In this document: positions 46,966 to 59,280 of the stretch, in pieces
Layout of the letters: each line of letters begins with the position of its first letter
Position numbering within the stretch: the stretch's first letter is position 1
Source of the DNA: Elusimicrobiota bacterium
GTDB taxonomy: Bacteria; Elusimicrobiota; Elusimicrobia; UBA1565
Length of the DNA stretch: 64,000 bases
Reading direction: 5' to 3'
Assembly: GCA_043819795.1 (NCBI GenBank)
Contig: JBDREN010000120.1
Location: 25,681 to 89,680 of the forward strand
Made by a program: the position numbers and the translations under genes
Notes under the pieces: generated by a model
Database searches by the model: none
What the model was told of the DNA's origin: nothing
Seen by the model: only the letters and a program-made list of their open reading frames with translations

Positions 46966-49181
46966 TCATGCGGCCTCCGTCGAAAAGACCGTCCAGCGGC
47001 TCCCCGCGGCCGAAAGGGACTCGGGCTCGGCCCGGAGCCTCCAGCCGCAGCGGCCCAGCTCCCCAGCCAGCTCTCGAGCCCGGATGGGGGACGCCTCCGG
47101 AGCGCTCCCTCCGGAGGACAGCCAGAACCGGTCCCTTTCCAGGAGCGAGGGCGCCGCCAGATCGTCGAAGACGGCCAGCCGCGCGCCCCGCCCAGCGCGC
47201 CGGCGCAGTCCCGAGAAGAACCGCTCCCGTTGGGACGGAGTGAGAGAACGGCACACCTGGGAGACCACCGCCCGCCTCAGGTCCCGGGAGCCCGCCCCCG
47301 CGGGACGGCCCTTCTCGAGGACCCCGCGCTCCACTCCCCGCTCGAGATCGTCCGCCCTGAAATGGAAGCCGTCCGCGCAGTGGTCGTCGAACTTCACGAG
47401 CGGAGATACCCAGTGCAGGCGCCGCGCGCCGGGCAGGAAGCGCCCTCGGCCGCCGAGAACTCCTCGCACCCGATCCAGCAGTCCTCCGCCGCGGGGCCGC
47501 GTCCGTTCGCGGAGCCTCCGACGAGCTTCTCCACGAGGCGATGGAATGCGACCGTCCGCGTCAGGTCCTTCCACAATAGGACGCGGCGCTGGCGCTCCAA
47601 AAAAGCGTCGAGCGGCGGCCAGGCGTCCGCGCGGCCGGACTCCTCCAGGGCCCGGCGCGCGTAGGCGCGGAGCCGGTCGACGAACTCCCGGCCGTGGGCC
47701 CGCAGGAAATCGTGTCCCCAGGGCTCCTCGTCGAAGGTGACGAAGCCCAGCAGGTCCTTGCGGGCCCGGCGATAGAGCTCGCTCAGATCCAGAGGCGTCC
47801 CCTCCAGCGAGCGCGCGAAACCCTTGAGCGAGCGGACATAGCTCATGGGAACCCCGCCCGCGAGGCTGGCCCCCAGATAGCGCAGCGCCCGCGCGACGAA
47901 GCCCGCTCCCTGGAATGTGAAGTTCCAGAAGGCCAGCATGTCGGCGGCGCGCAGGTCCCGCGCGCTGAAGGAATCCGAGGACAGGACGCGGTACGGCGGC
48001 TCCTTCTGGCAACGGAGCCCGTAACGCTCGGGGTCGTCCCCCATGCCGGAGCCGGGAAGCGCCAGCGCCGGGAACAGCATGAGGGTATCGGGCCACAAAG
48101 ACAAGGCGTACTCGATGGAAGCCTCGAAGCCTTCCAGGTCGTCTCCGGGGAGGCCGTAGATCAGCTGCGCGTTGAGCTTGGCCCGCGGCGCCAGGCGGCG
48201 CAGGAGAGCGGCGTTGGCCCGGGTCTTGGCGTCGTCGAAGAATCGGGTGAGCCCCCGCAGGACGTGAGGGTTGACGGACTGGATGCCCACGGCCAGGGTG
48301 AACTTCTCCGAGTCCAGAGACGCCATGAGCTCCTCGTCCATCCCGAGGTTCGGCAGGTAGGTATGCAGCTCCCAGACGCAGCGCTTGCCCTCGCCGGCGC
48401 GCCGGAAGCCGCGGATGAGCCGCCGGCCCCGCTCGCGGTCGAGGAACATGTCCGCGTCGCACATGAACACTTTGGCCCGGGGAAGCTTCTCGAGCAGGAG
48501 GCGAGTCTCCGAGAGGACCCTCTCTTCGTCGAAGGTCCGGACCCGGCGCTTGTTCTTCCAGTCGCAGAACTTGCAGTCGAACGGACAGCCGCGGTCGGAC
48601 TCGAAGCAGAGGTGGGGATAGCCGCCGAGCGGCAGTATGCCCTCGAGAAAAGGAGAGGGGATCTCCCCGAGATCATCGACAAGGGGACGGGCCTCATTGA
48701 GCCGGACTCCCTGTCCCCCGCGCCAAGCGAGGCCGGCCACGCGCTCCAGGCGCTCGCTTCCCCCGCCCGACAGGAGCGCCCGCAGCAGGTCCGCGAACGT
48801 CGCTTCCCCCTCCCCGACGACGATGAAGTCGGCCTCCGGGCATGCGTCCATGTAGCGCAGAGGGCGCGCAGAGACTTCGGGACCGCCGAGGACGACCATC
48901 AACTCCGGCCTCGCGCTCTTGAGACGGCGCGCCAGGGCCGCGATCCAGCGGACGTTCCAGAGGTAGCACGAAAGACCCACCATGCCGGGAGAGGAGCTCA
49001 GGACGCGGTCGGCGGCGGCGGCGACCGCGTCCGAGGTCGAAAATACCTCGATCCCGATGGAGAGCCGCCGCTTGAGCCCGGGGCGCGACTGGGCGTAAGC
49101 TTGGAGATAGCCCAGAGCCAGGCCGCAGTCGTACGCGCAGTGGCGGACCCCGACCAAGCGGACGCCGAGGCGTTCCGTCAT
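46966..49181 (-). pseudogene. B12-binding radical SAM paralog interrupted by a 1-nt frameshift near 47443-47445 (595-aa N-terminal ORF 47394-49181; C-terminal domain in another frame to 46966)
   Basis: GLSCYLWN, VLGGPEV, GEGE.TF, ESDRGCPFDCKFC. The shifted frame continues ...GWRLRAEPESLSAAG, matching the paralog's GWELSAEPVSLSAAG. Confidence 0.8.
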
Positions 49182-49184
49182 TCG

Positions 49185-50357
49185 TTAGCGCTCCTCCTCG
49201 ACATCTTCCCCGACCTCTTGCAGCCTTTCTTCCCATGTCTTCGGCGCCGACTTCTCGGGAGTCCCTTTCCCCTTGCCGCTCCCCGCTTCGCGCTTCCGCA
49301 TCTCCTCTCGATGCCGGCGGCGCCACTCCTTCTGCGTCTTCTTCTCCTCTTTCTCGATCCGCCGCCGCTCCCGCTCCTCGGCCTCATCCTGCCGAAGGCC
49401 GCCCGTGGCCTTACGCCTGTCGCAGAACAGGCGGGTCCAATACCGCGCCGCGGCCCGGCATTCCGCCATGGGCGCCTTGGCGAACGCGGCCCGGCACGCC
49501 ATTCTGTGCCGCTTGTCCTTGGGGCAGAGCCTCCGGTCCTTCTCGGCCAAGGCCGCGATGAAAGCGCGGCGCACGTCACAGAGCCTCGACTCCTCCTTCA
49601 TGGCGCTCTCGTACCGGGCGAAGCGTTGCTTGTCGAACTTCAATGAGCGCTCTTGCGAGAATCCCTCGACGGCCCGCATAAAGTCGCCTTCCTTCATCTG
49701 CGGCTGCCCGCAGGTCTCGCGCGAGGGCGCTATCGTTAAGGTGCAGTACATCTTGAACACCCGGGAGATCCCGGCCGGGACGACCTCCGACATCTCCCGG
49801 CAGGCCGAGCCGGAACCGGTGCGGATGACGTCGACCCCCGTCTTACAGAGCCTGGGGCAGTCCAGACGGAATTGCGCCTGGACATAATCCTCGCACCAGC
49901 GCCGGCAATGCCGGTCCGCGTCGGGATAGTCCTTGTGTTCAAGGGCGCTGTGCAGCCTGAGCAAATGGTGATCCCTGCGGCAGTCGGCATCCAGCAGGTT
50001 GGCGACGGAAAGGCCGTCGATCCCGCCAAGCGGGGCGCACGCGTCCTCATCGTCCTCCACGAAGGCCTTGCACTGGTAATAGCCGGCTAGCAGGTTGACG
50101 GCGTCCGCGCCCTGCTCCGGAGAAAAGCCCCAATGCTTGGCGCCGGCCTCGACCAGCATGGGGAACGTCGCGGTGGACATGCACGCCTCGTAGGTGGTGG
50201 GAAGCTGGGACCCAAAACCGCCATCGCCTCCTTGGGCCTGTGCCGCCGGCGCCGGAAGCGCCAGGATGAATCCCGCCGCGAGCGCTCTCAAAAAAAGCCT
50301 CCCGCCAGGAACGGCGGCGGCGCCTGCCCCTCCCTCCACGGGGACGGAGCGGCCCAC
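49185..50357 (-). CDS. Exported Cys-rich protein with charged C-terminal tail
   Basis: Signal peptide (AQA|QG); about 16 Cys; embedded in the operon. Confidence 0.7.
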   Translation of the reverse strand: MGRSVPVEGGAGAAAVPGGRLFLRALAAGFILALPAPAAQAQGGDGGFGSQLPTTYEACMSTATFPMLVEAGAKHWGFSPEQGADAVNLLAGYYQCKAFVEDDEDACAPLGGIDGLSVANLLDADCRRDHHLLRLHSALEHKDYPDADRHCRRWCEDYVQAQFRLDCPRLCKTGVDVIRTGSGSACREMSEVVPAGISRVFKMYCTLTIAPSRETCGQPQMKEGDFMRAVEGFSQERSLKFDKQRFARYESAMKEESRLCDVRRAFIAALAEKDRRLCPKDKRHRMACRAAFAKAPMAECRAAARYWTRLFCDRRKATGGLRQDEAEERERRRIEKEEKKTQKEWRRRHREEMRKREAGSGKGKGTPEKSAPKTWEERLQEVGEDVEEER

Positions 50358-51850
50358 CTCTCGAATATCACGCGCGTGCCCGGATCACGGAGATGCTCGA
50401 AAATCAGGTCGAAATAGCCCATATACATCGCGCAGCGGTCGCTGGTGGGATTCCGGCCCCATATCGAGCCCTGAGCCGCGTAGTTGTAGACGGGCGAGAC
50501 CCCGCAGAACGGCTTGTAGGCGCACTGAGAACAGAGGGGCTGGGCGCCCAGGTCCGAGGCGATGGTCGCCGCCTTGACCGTGGGGTGGTGCACAAGGTCC
50601 AGGAACCGCTCGTCGACGCTGCCGATCCGGAAGAAATCGTCCCCCTCCAGGTCGGCCAGCCCCCTCCCCTCGTCGCTAAGGAACACGTCCCCGTTGTGGT
50701 CGTAGCAGAGCTGGGCCAGACCGCCGCCGCAGGGAGAGCGCAGCTCCGTGTGGCCGGGGTCCTCGCCCCGGAGGATCTTGGTCAAAAGCAGGGCGGCGTT
50801 GCCCTCCATGAGATCGCATCCCGCGCGGTTGAGTTCCAGCACCCGCCGCAGGCAGTCGGCGTAGAACCCCAAGTACTCCTCGGCCGAGTAGCCAAGCTTC
50901 CGCCAGCGCTCCCGCGCCGCGCCCGCGGGAAACAGGGGCCGCGGGAACACCGCCGGCAGCTTCAAACGGGCGCATTCGGCGACGATGTCGCCCGCACGCG
51001 AGAGTGAGTCTCTTGTCACGGATAGCCACGCCTCCGGCGGCGCGGCGTGGGGGTAGCGCTCGGCGATGACCGCCAGCCAACGCGCCGCCTCCCCGTGGCC
51101 GCTCCGATCCCGGCGCGGCACGTCGTTCGTGGGCGGGAGGCGTCCACCGAGGAAGGGGCGGTGCCGGTCGTGCAGGTCCGCGGGACCGTCCAGGGGTACG
51201 CACAGACGGACCTCGTTCTCCATCAGGAAGGCCAGCTTATCGTCGTCCAGGAGGCTGAGGTTGGACACCATCGCCAGACGCAGGCTGCGTCTGGCGAATT
51301 CGGCGAACGAACGCGCATGGCTCACGATGAATTCCACCGCCGGCCAGTTCAGCAACGGCTCCCCCCCGCGCAGCTCGATCGTTATCTCGGAGGCTTGGCT
51401 GTCGAAGATGGATTTCACCACTCGGCGCGCGACCGCCAGCCTCATGTCGGGCCGGTCGTCTTCCGGAGGCTTGCGGGACGCGGGCTGGTAGGGAGAACCC
51501 TGGTTGCGCCGCCGCGTCACCGCGACGACGTGCAGCCCCGGGGCGCTCCGCAGGTAGGCGGTGCGCCTCTTGTATCGCTCGATCAGCAGGGGGAAATCCA
51601 GGTGGTCGCGCAGGAAGCCCTCGCCGCAAAGAGCGTTCCACAGGGGCGTCTCCTTGGCGATCCCGCCGGAGATGAACCGGCGGAAGTCCTCCGGCTCCAG
51701 CCACAAATGCCCGCCCCACTCGTTGGTCAGCTGATAGCCGCCGGCCAGGCGGCGGAACAGGCAGGGCCCGACGGAGCCTGGCAACTTCCTACCGATCAGG
51801 GGCTTCAGGGTCGCCGATACCGAGTTCGTCCAAGACCTTGAGTCTTTCAT
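50288..51850 (-). CDS. HxsB-like radical SAM/SPASM protein lacking the CxxxCxxC motif
   Basis: F.R....Y.LTNE.G N-terminus, GGEPLLN, LDGP..LHD.HR, ELRSPCG, Y..NGDV..SDEGR, CSQCAYKPFCG..PV.NY..QG. Confidence 0.8.
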   Translation of the reverse strand: MKDSRSWTNSVSATLKPLIGRKLPGSVGPCLFRRLAGGYQLTNEWGGHLWLEPEDFRRFISGGIAKETPLWNALCGEGFLRDHLDFPLLIERYKRRTAYLRSAPGLHVVAVTRRRNQGSPYQPASRKPPEDDRPDMRLAVARRVVKSIFDSQASEITIELRGGEPLLNWPAVEFIVSHARSFAEFARRSLRLAMVSNLSLLDDDKLAFLMENEVRLCVPLDGPADLHDRHRPFLGGRLPPTNDVPRRDRSGHGEAARWLAVIAERYPHAAPPEAWLSVTRDSLSRAGDIVAECARLKLPAVFPRPLFPAGAARERWRKLGYSAEEYLGFYADCLRRVLELNRAGCDLMEGNAALLLTKILRGEDPGHTELRSPCGGGLAQLCYDHNGDVFLSDEGRGLADLEGDDFFRIGSVDERFLDLVHHPTVKAATIASDLGAQPLCSQCAYKPFCGVSPVYNYAAQGSIWGRNPTSDRCAMYMGYFDLIFEHLRDPGTRVIFERWAAPSPWREGQAPPPFLAGGFF

Positions 51851-52307
51851 TGAGGTCCACCGCTCCGCCCCGTCCTTCCACTTCGTCCTTCCCGGAGCCC
51901 ACGTTGAGCTCCCATTCCGCCTCCCGGATCAGCTCTTGGATCTCGTTCTGTTCGTTCCCGGAAGGGCCGGCCGACCGGGCCGGATCCGGCCGCTCGCCGC
52001 GCTCTCCCGCGGCGGCCAGCAGCGCCTGGGTGATGATGAATTCCCGGACGGAGCGGTTGTCCGCCGCGATGCGGCGGCGCAGCTCCTGGGCGATGGCCTC
52101 CTCCGAGAACTCCTCGGCCAGCGCCTCGAGCGCCCGCCGGCTGGAGCGCTTCTTGGGCCTGAGGGTGAGTCCGTTCTTCCGGACCCAGACCTCGGCCTTG
52201 CGCGTAAGGACCTGCGCGGCGCCCAGGACCGCGTCGGGATGGATCGCCCCGGGATCGAGGGTCACCGAGACCGTCTGGTCCTTCTCGTTGAGCTTTCGCT
52301 TTGACAT
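51789..52307 (-). CDS. HxsD-like His-Xaa-Ser system accessory protein
   Basis: RBS GGAGAAGG; A...AA..L...A.V and EF.EE...QELR..I......VRE.II..AL pattern; first gene of the operon. Confidence 0.65.
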   Translation of the reverse strand: MSKRKLNEKDQTVSVTLDPGAIHPDAVLGAAQVLTRKAEVWVRKNGLTLRPKKRSSRRALEALAEEFSEEAIAQELRRRIAADNRSVREFIITQALLAAAGERGERPDPARSAGPSGNEQNEIQELIREAEWELNVGSGKDEVEGRGGAVDLNERLKVLDELGIGDPEAPDR

Positions 52308-52459
52308 GCCTTCTCCCCGCTCTCCGCCTCCTCGCCCATGGAGGCCCCGGGCGGATACCTCAGCATGAAAGGGACGATTCAGGCACGCTCCGCCTGCGGG
52401 CATGGAGCCCCGAAACGGTGAGGCCTGGCGCTCCATAATGGCGCGGACACCCGGTTCTT

Positions 52460-52488
52460 ATTTAGTCATTTATCACCAGCGTTGTCAA
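52460..52488 (-). promoter_or_regulatory. Possible promoter of the His-Xaa-Ser operon
   Basis: Perfect TTGACA (52488-52483, minus strand) followed by an AT-rich stretch; weak -10 match. Confidence 0.4.
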
Positions 52489-52495
52489 CGCGCGC

Positions 52496-52547
52496 GATGT
52501 CGCGTGCGCGATGTCGCGTGTCGTGCGATGTCGCGTGATGTCGCGTG
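52496..52547 (+). repeat. Four copies of GATGTCGCGTG
   Basis: At 52496, 52510, 52527 and 52537, in the divergent intergenic region. Confidence 0.8.
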
Positions 52548-52697
52548 CGACCCTGACGCAGGGCGCCCGATCCGGCTATGATACAATCAGGGCAGGTGGA
52601 CTCGATGAGGCGGCAGCTTCCTCGGGCCGGCCGCCCGGGGAAGCTGTGTCGGTGGCCAGTGCTGGGAGAGCGTCAAAGGTCCAAGGAATCCGATTAG

Positions 52698-54053
52698 ATG
52701 CGGATAACGCGCGAAGGAGAGCCCCGTTTTCCTTTCAGCGGCTTTTGGCATATGCGGCGGCTCGTCGATATCCACATCCCTCCGCGACTCCGCTACTGCC
52801 TTGCCCTAGGTGTCATCATTCGGATCATAATCGCTTGCCATATCCCATTTCAGACAGACCCGGGGAGCCACTCGTATATCGCGTTGGCTCAGGAGTGGAT
52901 TGACACCGGCCGATACGCTTCTCTAGGCACCATCCAACGCCCTCCGGCATACGTAACGTTTCTCTTCGTCCTGAAGAAGCTGAGCATATCGCACCACGGC
53001 ACGATTCTCATTCAGCACCTGCTCGGCCTATTGTCTATCGGCCTCCTCTATTGGACCGCCAGGCTGGCGTGGAGCGACAAGAGCGTCTCTCTTGCGGCGG
53101 GCCTTTTGTTCGCCGCGCACGCGCACCAGGCCTACCGAGAGCGCTGGATCATGCCCGAGACCCTCTTCGTAGCGCTCTCATGCCTAAGCCTTCTCTGCGT
53201 GCTTTCACTAGTCAGATCGAGAGACAAACCGCTCGGCGCATACGCGGCTATCGGAAGCCTATGCGGCCTGACGGCGTTGTGCCGCTTTGAGTTTTCGTTG
53301 TTTTTCTTGTTTCCGGCCTGGCTCATCTGGAAATCAAGCCCCCTAAAGAAACGTCTCGCACGGTCTGGCCTCTTCAGCGTCTGTGCAGCCTCGATTCTAT
53401 TGGCCTGGACATTAAGAAACGGAGCGCTCTTCGGCTATTTTGGCCTTTCACCTGTGGGCAAGATCAGCATGATGAGCCATGCCGCCCCCCTCGTTCCCTT
53501 CGACAAACCGACGTACGCCGAGGCAAAAAAGGCATATCAAACCGCGAGGGAGCGCGACCCGTACTCAAACAACAGCGGCATCGCGAACAGAACGGTACTC
53601 CACCTCTGCGTTGATTACGGATACCGACTCCAACAAGCTTGGAAAGAGGTCGGGGGCATGGCATTGGAGGGGCTCCGCGCTCACCCAGCGCGCTATTTCG
53701 CCGGCGTCTTGAAGATATTCGCTTCCTACTGGCTGATCGACGTCTGGGACCCCCCGATAGGAGCCGGTGGGAAGGCGCTTGATTTCTGGAGGGTGGCGGA
53801 CGCGATCCTTGGGAGCGTCGCGGGCGCCGTCGCCGTTTTCGGTGTTTGCTGCATTGTCTTCTCAAGAAATGAGCGGGCCAGCCCGGCGGCCATCGTCGTC
53901 TGGACCGCTGTCGTGCTCATCCTGTCGGTGGCCGCCTGCGACGACCGGATCAACCGCATCCGATCCGCGCTGGAACCGCCCTTGTTCTTGCTGGCTGCGT
54001 TCGGTTTGTCGCGGCTGCGACGTCCGGCGCTCGGTTTCAAGATTCCTCGTTAA
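52698..54053 (+). CDS. GT-C (ArnT/PMT-like) membrane glycosyltransferase with lower GC than its flanks
   Basis: D..SY..LA, RPPAY..FL, I.PETL, L.R.E, W..RN...G motifs. Start uncertain. Confidence 0.75.
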   Translation: MRITREGEPRFPFSGFWHMRRLVDIHIPPRLRYCLALGVIIRIIIACHIPFQTDPGSHSYIALAQEWIDTGRYASLGTIQRPPAYVTFLFVLKKLSISHHGTILIQHLLGLLSIGLLYWTARLAWSDKSVSLAAGLLFAAHAHQAYRERWIMPETLFVALSCLSLLCVLSLVRSRDKPLGAYAAIGSLCGLTALCRFEFSLFFLFPAWLIWKSSPLKKRLARSGLFSVCAASILLAWTLRNGALFGYFGLSPVGKISMMSHAAPLVPFDKPTYAEAKKAYQTARERDPYSNNSGIANRTVLHLCVDYGYRLQQAWKEVGGMALEGLRAHPARYFAGVLKIFASYWLIDVWDPPIGAGGKALDFWRVADAILGSVAGAVAVFGVCCIVFSRNERASPAAIVVWTAVVLILSVAACDDRINRIRSALEPPLFLLAAFGLSRLRRPALGFKIPR

Positions 54054-54230
54054 GGCGACGCAATAACAGCCTCCGATAAATCCTATGGGGGGGGCACGTC
54101 AGCCTCTCCCACCGGGACAGACGCTTTTTGTGGTGGGCCTTTAGGCCTGATTCCGCAGGGGCCGGTATCCCGCCGCCGGCTTCCCCGTAAGGCCCTCGCT
54201 GCCGCGCCGCAAACTTCCTATCCTGGTAGT

Positions 54231-55859
54231 ATGCGCGGCGCTTGGCTCGCCTTCGGCGTTCCGTTCGCTTTGGCCTCGGTAGCGGCCGTTCCCGGGCACG
54301 CCCGGGGACCATCGAGCCTCGAGCGGGACTGGGCCCGCGGGACGGAGATATTCGACGGAGGACGCCTGCTGCCGAGGGCCGTCCCGGTCCGCGGGGCCCT
54401 CTCGGGCGCCGCCGACGCCCGCCCGGCCCGGCGGCTCGACCCGCGCGTCTCCCTCCTGCTGCGGGCCGAAGCCTTCAACCGGAAAGAGCCGGTCTGGCCG
54501 GGGTATTCCGTACTGGGTCAGCCGATCCTGCTCTACGAGGGGGGCGAGCGCTCGACCTTGATCGGCCATCCCTCTCCGCCCCCCGGATACCGGACCGTGC
54601 GCGGACGTCCGGCCGCGATCTACCAGAAAGAGGGTCCGGTCCCCGGTCTGCAGGGGGCCTTCAACTTCCATCGCGACGTGAACGGCGTGGACACCTTCGC
54701 GTACCGCTTCGAAAGCGGCAGCGCCCCCGCCGAGGACCTGGCGACCATCATCCACGAGCGTTTCCATGTCCATCAGGAAACGAGTTTCTCGCAATTCCCC
54801 TACGGGCATTATTACGGAGTCGCCGACGCGCGGGACCTGGCCCTGGCCAAACTGGAGCACAGTGTTCTTGGGCGCGCCCTCCTCGCCTCCGACAACGCGG
54901 TCTCGGCCCGCTACGCGAGGATGTTCGTCGCCGTACGGCGCGCGCGCTACGCCGAGCACGGCGACGCGGCCCGGCCGGTGGAGGACTCCCAGGAGCAGAG
55001 CGAGGGGATGGCCCGCTATGTCGAGCTGAAGCTGACCGCTCCTCCCGGCCTCGGGGGCCGCGGGCGCGCGTGGCTCATCGGCGACCTCGACAGACCGGTC
55101 ACGCTCAAGGACATGGGCAAGTGGCGCCTCTACGCGACCGGAGCGGCGCAGGGCTACCTGCTGGACCGCGCCCGGCTCGACGGCTGGAAGGAGGCTGTCC
55201 AGGACGGCACGTCCCTCTTCTACGTGACCACTTTGGCCTATCCGGTGGACCCGTCCCGGGAGCCCGGCCTGGTCCAGTCGGCCAAGCGGGAGTTCGACTA
55301 CCCCGCTCTCCTTGCCGAGGCTGAAGACGAAATCGAGGGCCACTCTCGCGAAAAGCAGGCGGCGGTCCGCATGTACGAGTCCCAGCCGGGCCTGGAGCTG
55401 ATTCTTCCGCACGGCCCTCGTCCGATCCCCACCTATTTCTCGGGGGGCGGCGAGACGTACTCTTTCGACGACGGCTCCTCGCTCATCACGAGAATGAAGG
55501 TGATCGAACAACGCGGGACGGACTACTCGCTGATCGTCGAGGACCGGCCCGCCATCCTCGGCCCCCAAGGGATGACCCGGTTCCACATCCCGGAGACCGC
55601 CTCCCTCGTCATCGACGGACGGGCATCCGTCCTGGCGCCGGGCGTCTATCCGTTCAGGTCCCTCCGGATGTCCGCCCCGGGATTCGAGCTATCGGCCGAC
55701 ATCCCGGGGACCCTCACCGTGGACGACGATCGGGTCCGGGTGGAGTGGCAGGGACGGCACCAAGGCAGATACGCCCGCCGTCCGCCTCCGGCGGACGACA
55801 CATTCCCAATAACTCAGTGGTACAAGCGACCGGTTGGCGCTTCGCGCAACCGGCGCTGA
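54231..55859 (+). CDS. Exported putative zinc metallopeptidase (gluzincin-like)
   Basis: Signal peptide; IIHERFHVHQ (HExxH) and downstream EGMARYVE. Confidence 0.65.
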   Translation: MRGAWLAFGVPFALASVAAVPGHARGPSSLERDWARGTEIFDGGRLLPRAVPVRGALSGAADARPARRLDPRVSLLLRAEAFNRKEPVWPGYSVLGQPILLYEGGERSTLIGHPSPPPGYRTVRGRPAAIYQKEGPVPGLQGAFNFHRDVNGVDTFAYRFESGSAPAEDLATIIHERFHVHQETSFSQFPYGHYYGVADARDLALAKLEHSVLGRALLASDNAVSARYARMFVAVRRARYAEHGDAARPVEDSQEQSEGMARYVELKLTAPPGLGGRGRAWLIGDLDRPVTLKDMGKWRLYATGAAQGYLLDRARLDGWKEAVQDGTSLFYVTTLAYPVDPSREPGLVQSAKREFDYPALLAEAEDEIEGHSREKQAAVRMYESQPGLELILPHGPRPIPTYFSGGGETYSFDDGSSLITRMKVIEQRGTDYSLIVEDRPAILGPQGMTRFHIPETASLVIDGRASVLAPGVYPFRSLRMSAPGFELSADIPGTLTVDDDRVRVEWQGRHQGRYARRPPPADDTFPITQWYKRPVGASRNRR

Positions 55860-55867
55860 CTCCCCGG

Positions 55868-56338
55868 CTACCAGCTGCTCGCCAGAGGGCCCCGCACCGC
55901 GGTCCGGCATGCCTCCGGAGGGCGCGTCTTGAGTATCCGGTGCAGGCCCGGTCCGAAAACCGCGGGCCTGACCGGCTTCTCCACGAAATCGATGACGTTG
56001 GACTCCTCGCGGATCATGTCGGCCGTCTGCCGGTCGATCCGCCGCCCCGTGATGATGACTACGGGGACTCCGCGCGCCTCGCCCATCTGAAGCTCCTTGA
56101 CGACCTCGTATCCCCCGATGCCGGGGAGCATGAAGTCGAGCACGATGAGGTCCGGCGTCCGCTCCTCGACCTTGCGGAGCGCCTCCTGCCCGTCTGAGGC
56201 CCGCTCGCAGCGGAAGCCTTCCCGCTTGACCATATGCTCCAGCAGGTCGAGAAGGCTCTCGTCGTCGTCGACGATGAGGATCAGCTTCTGTCTTGGATCG
56301 GCGAACTCCGGCAAACGCGGCAGCCCTTCTTCTTGCAT
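55868..56338 (-). CDS. Single-domain response regulator (receiver)
   Basis: ILIVDDD, PDLIVLDFMLPG..G, PVVIITG, KP. Confidence 0.92.
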   Translation of the reverse strand: MQEEGLPRLPEFADPRQKLILIVDDDESLLDLLEHMVKREGFRCERASDGQEALRKVEERTPDLIVLDFMLPGIGGYEVVKELQMGEARGVPVVIITGRRIDRQTADMIREESNVIDFVEKPVRPAVFGPGLHRILKTRPPEACRTAVRGPLASSW

Positions 56339-56486
56339 CCCGTTCCCCCTTCTCGGCGCGAGCACGATTCGCAATGAGTATAGGACCCGCGTATGTCCTT
56401 TTTTTTAACGCGCCGCGCGCTGGACGGACCCGCAAAAATACTAGAATACCTTGACGGTCCATAGTCGAGACCACCGGAGCTTCCCC

Positions 56487-59210
<2,724 letters not shown>

Positions 59211-59280
59211 CCGCCGCCGGAGACGACGCGGAACGCGAGCCGGCGGCTCGTCTACCCGGCGCCCAAGGCCGCGATCCGCG

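Noticed and set aside
46966..48462. Independent 498-aa gene
   Set aside because: Only the last ~160 codons look coding (frameshifted tail of the B12-rSAM); the rest overlaps the real frame and is Arg/Gly/Pro-rich.
52308..52470. Cobalamin or SAM riboswitch in the operon leader
   Set aside because: No B12-box or SAM-I consensus could be recognised by eye; an Rfam scan would be needed.
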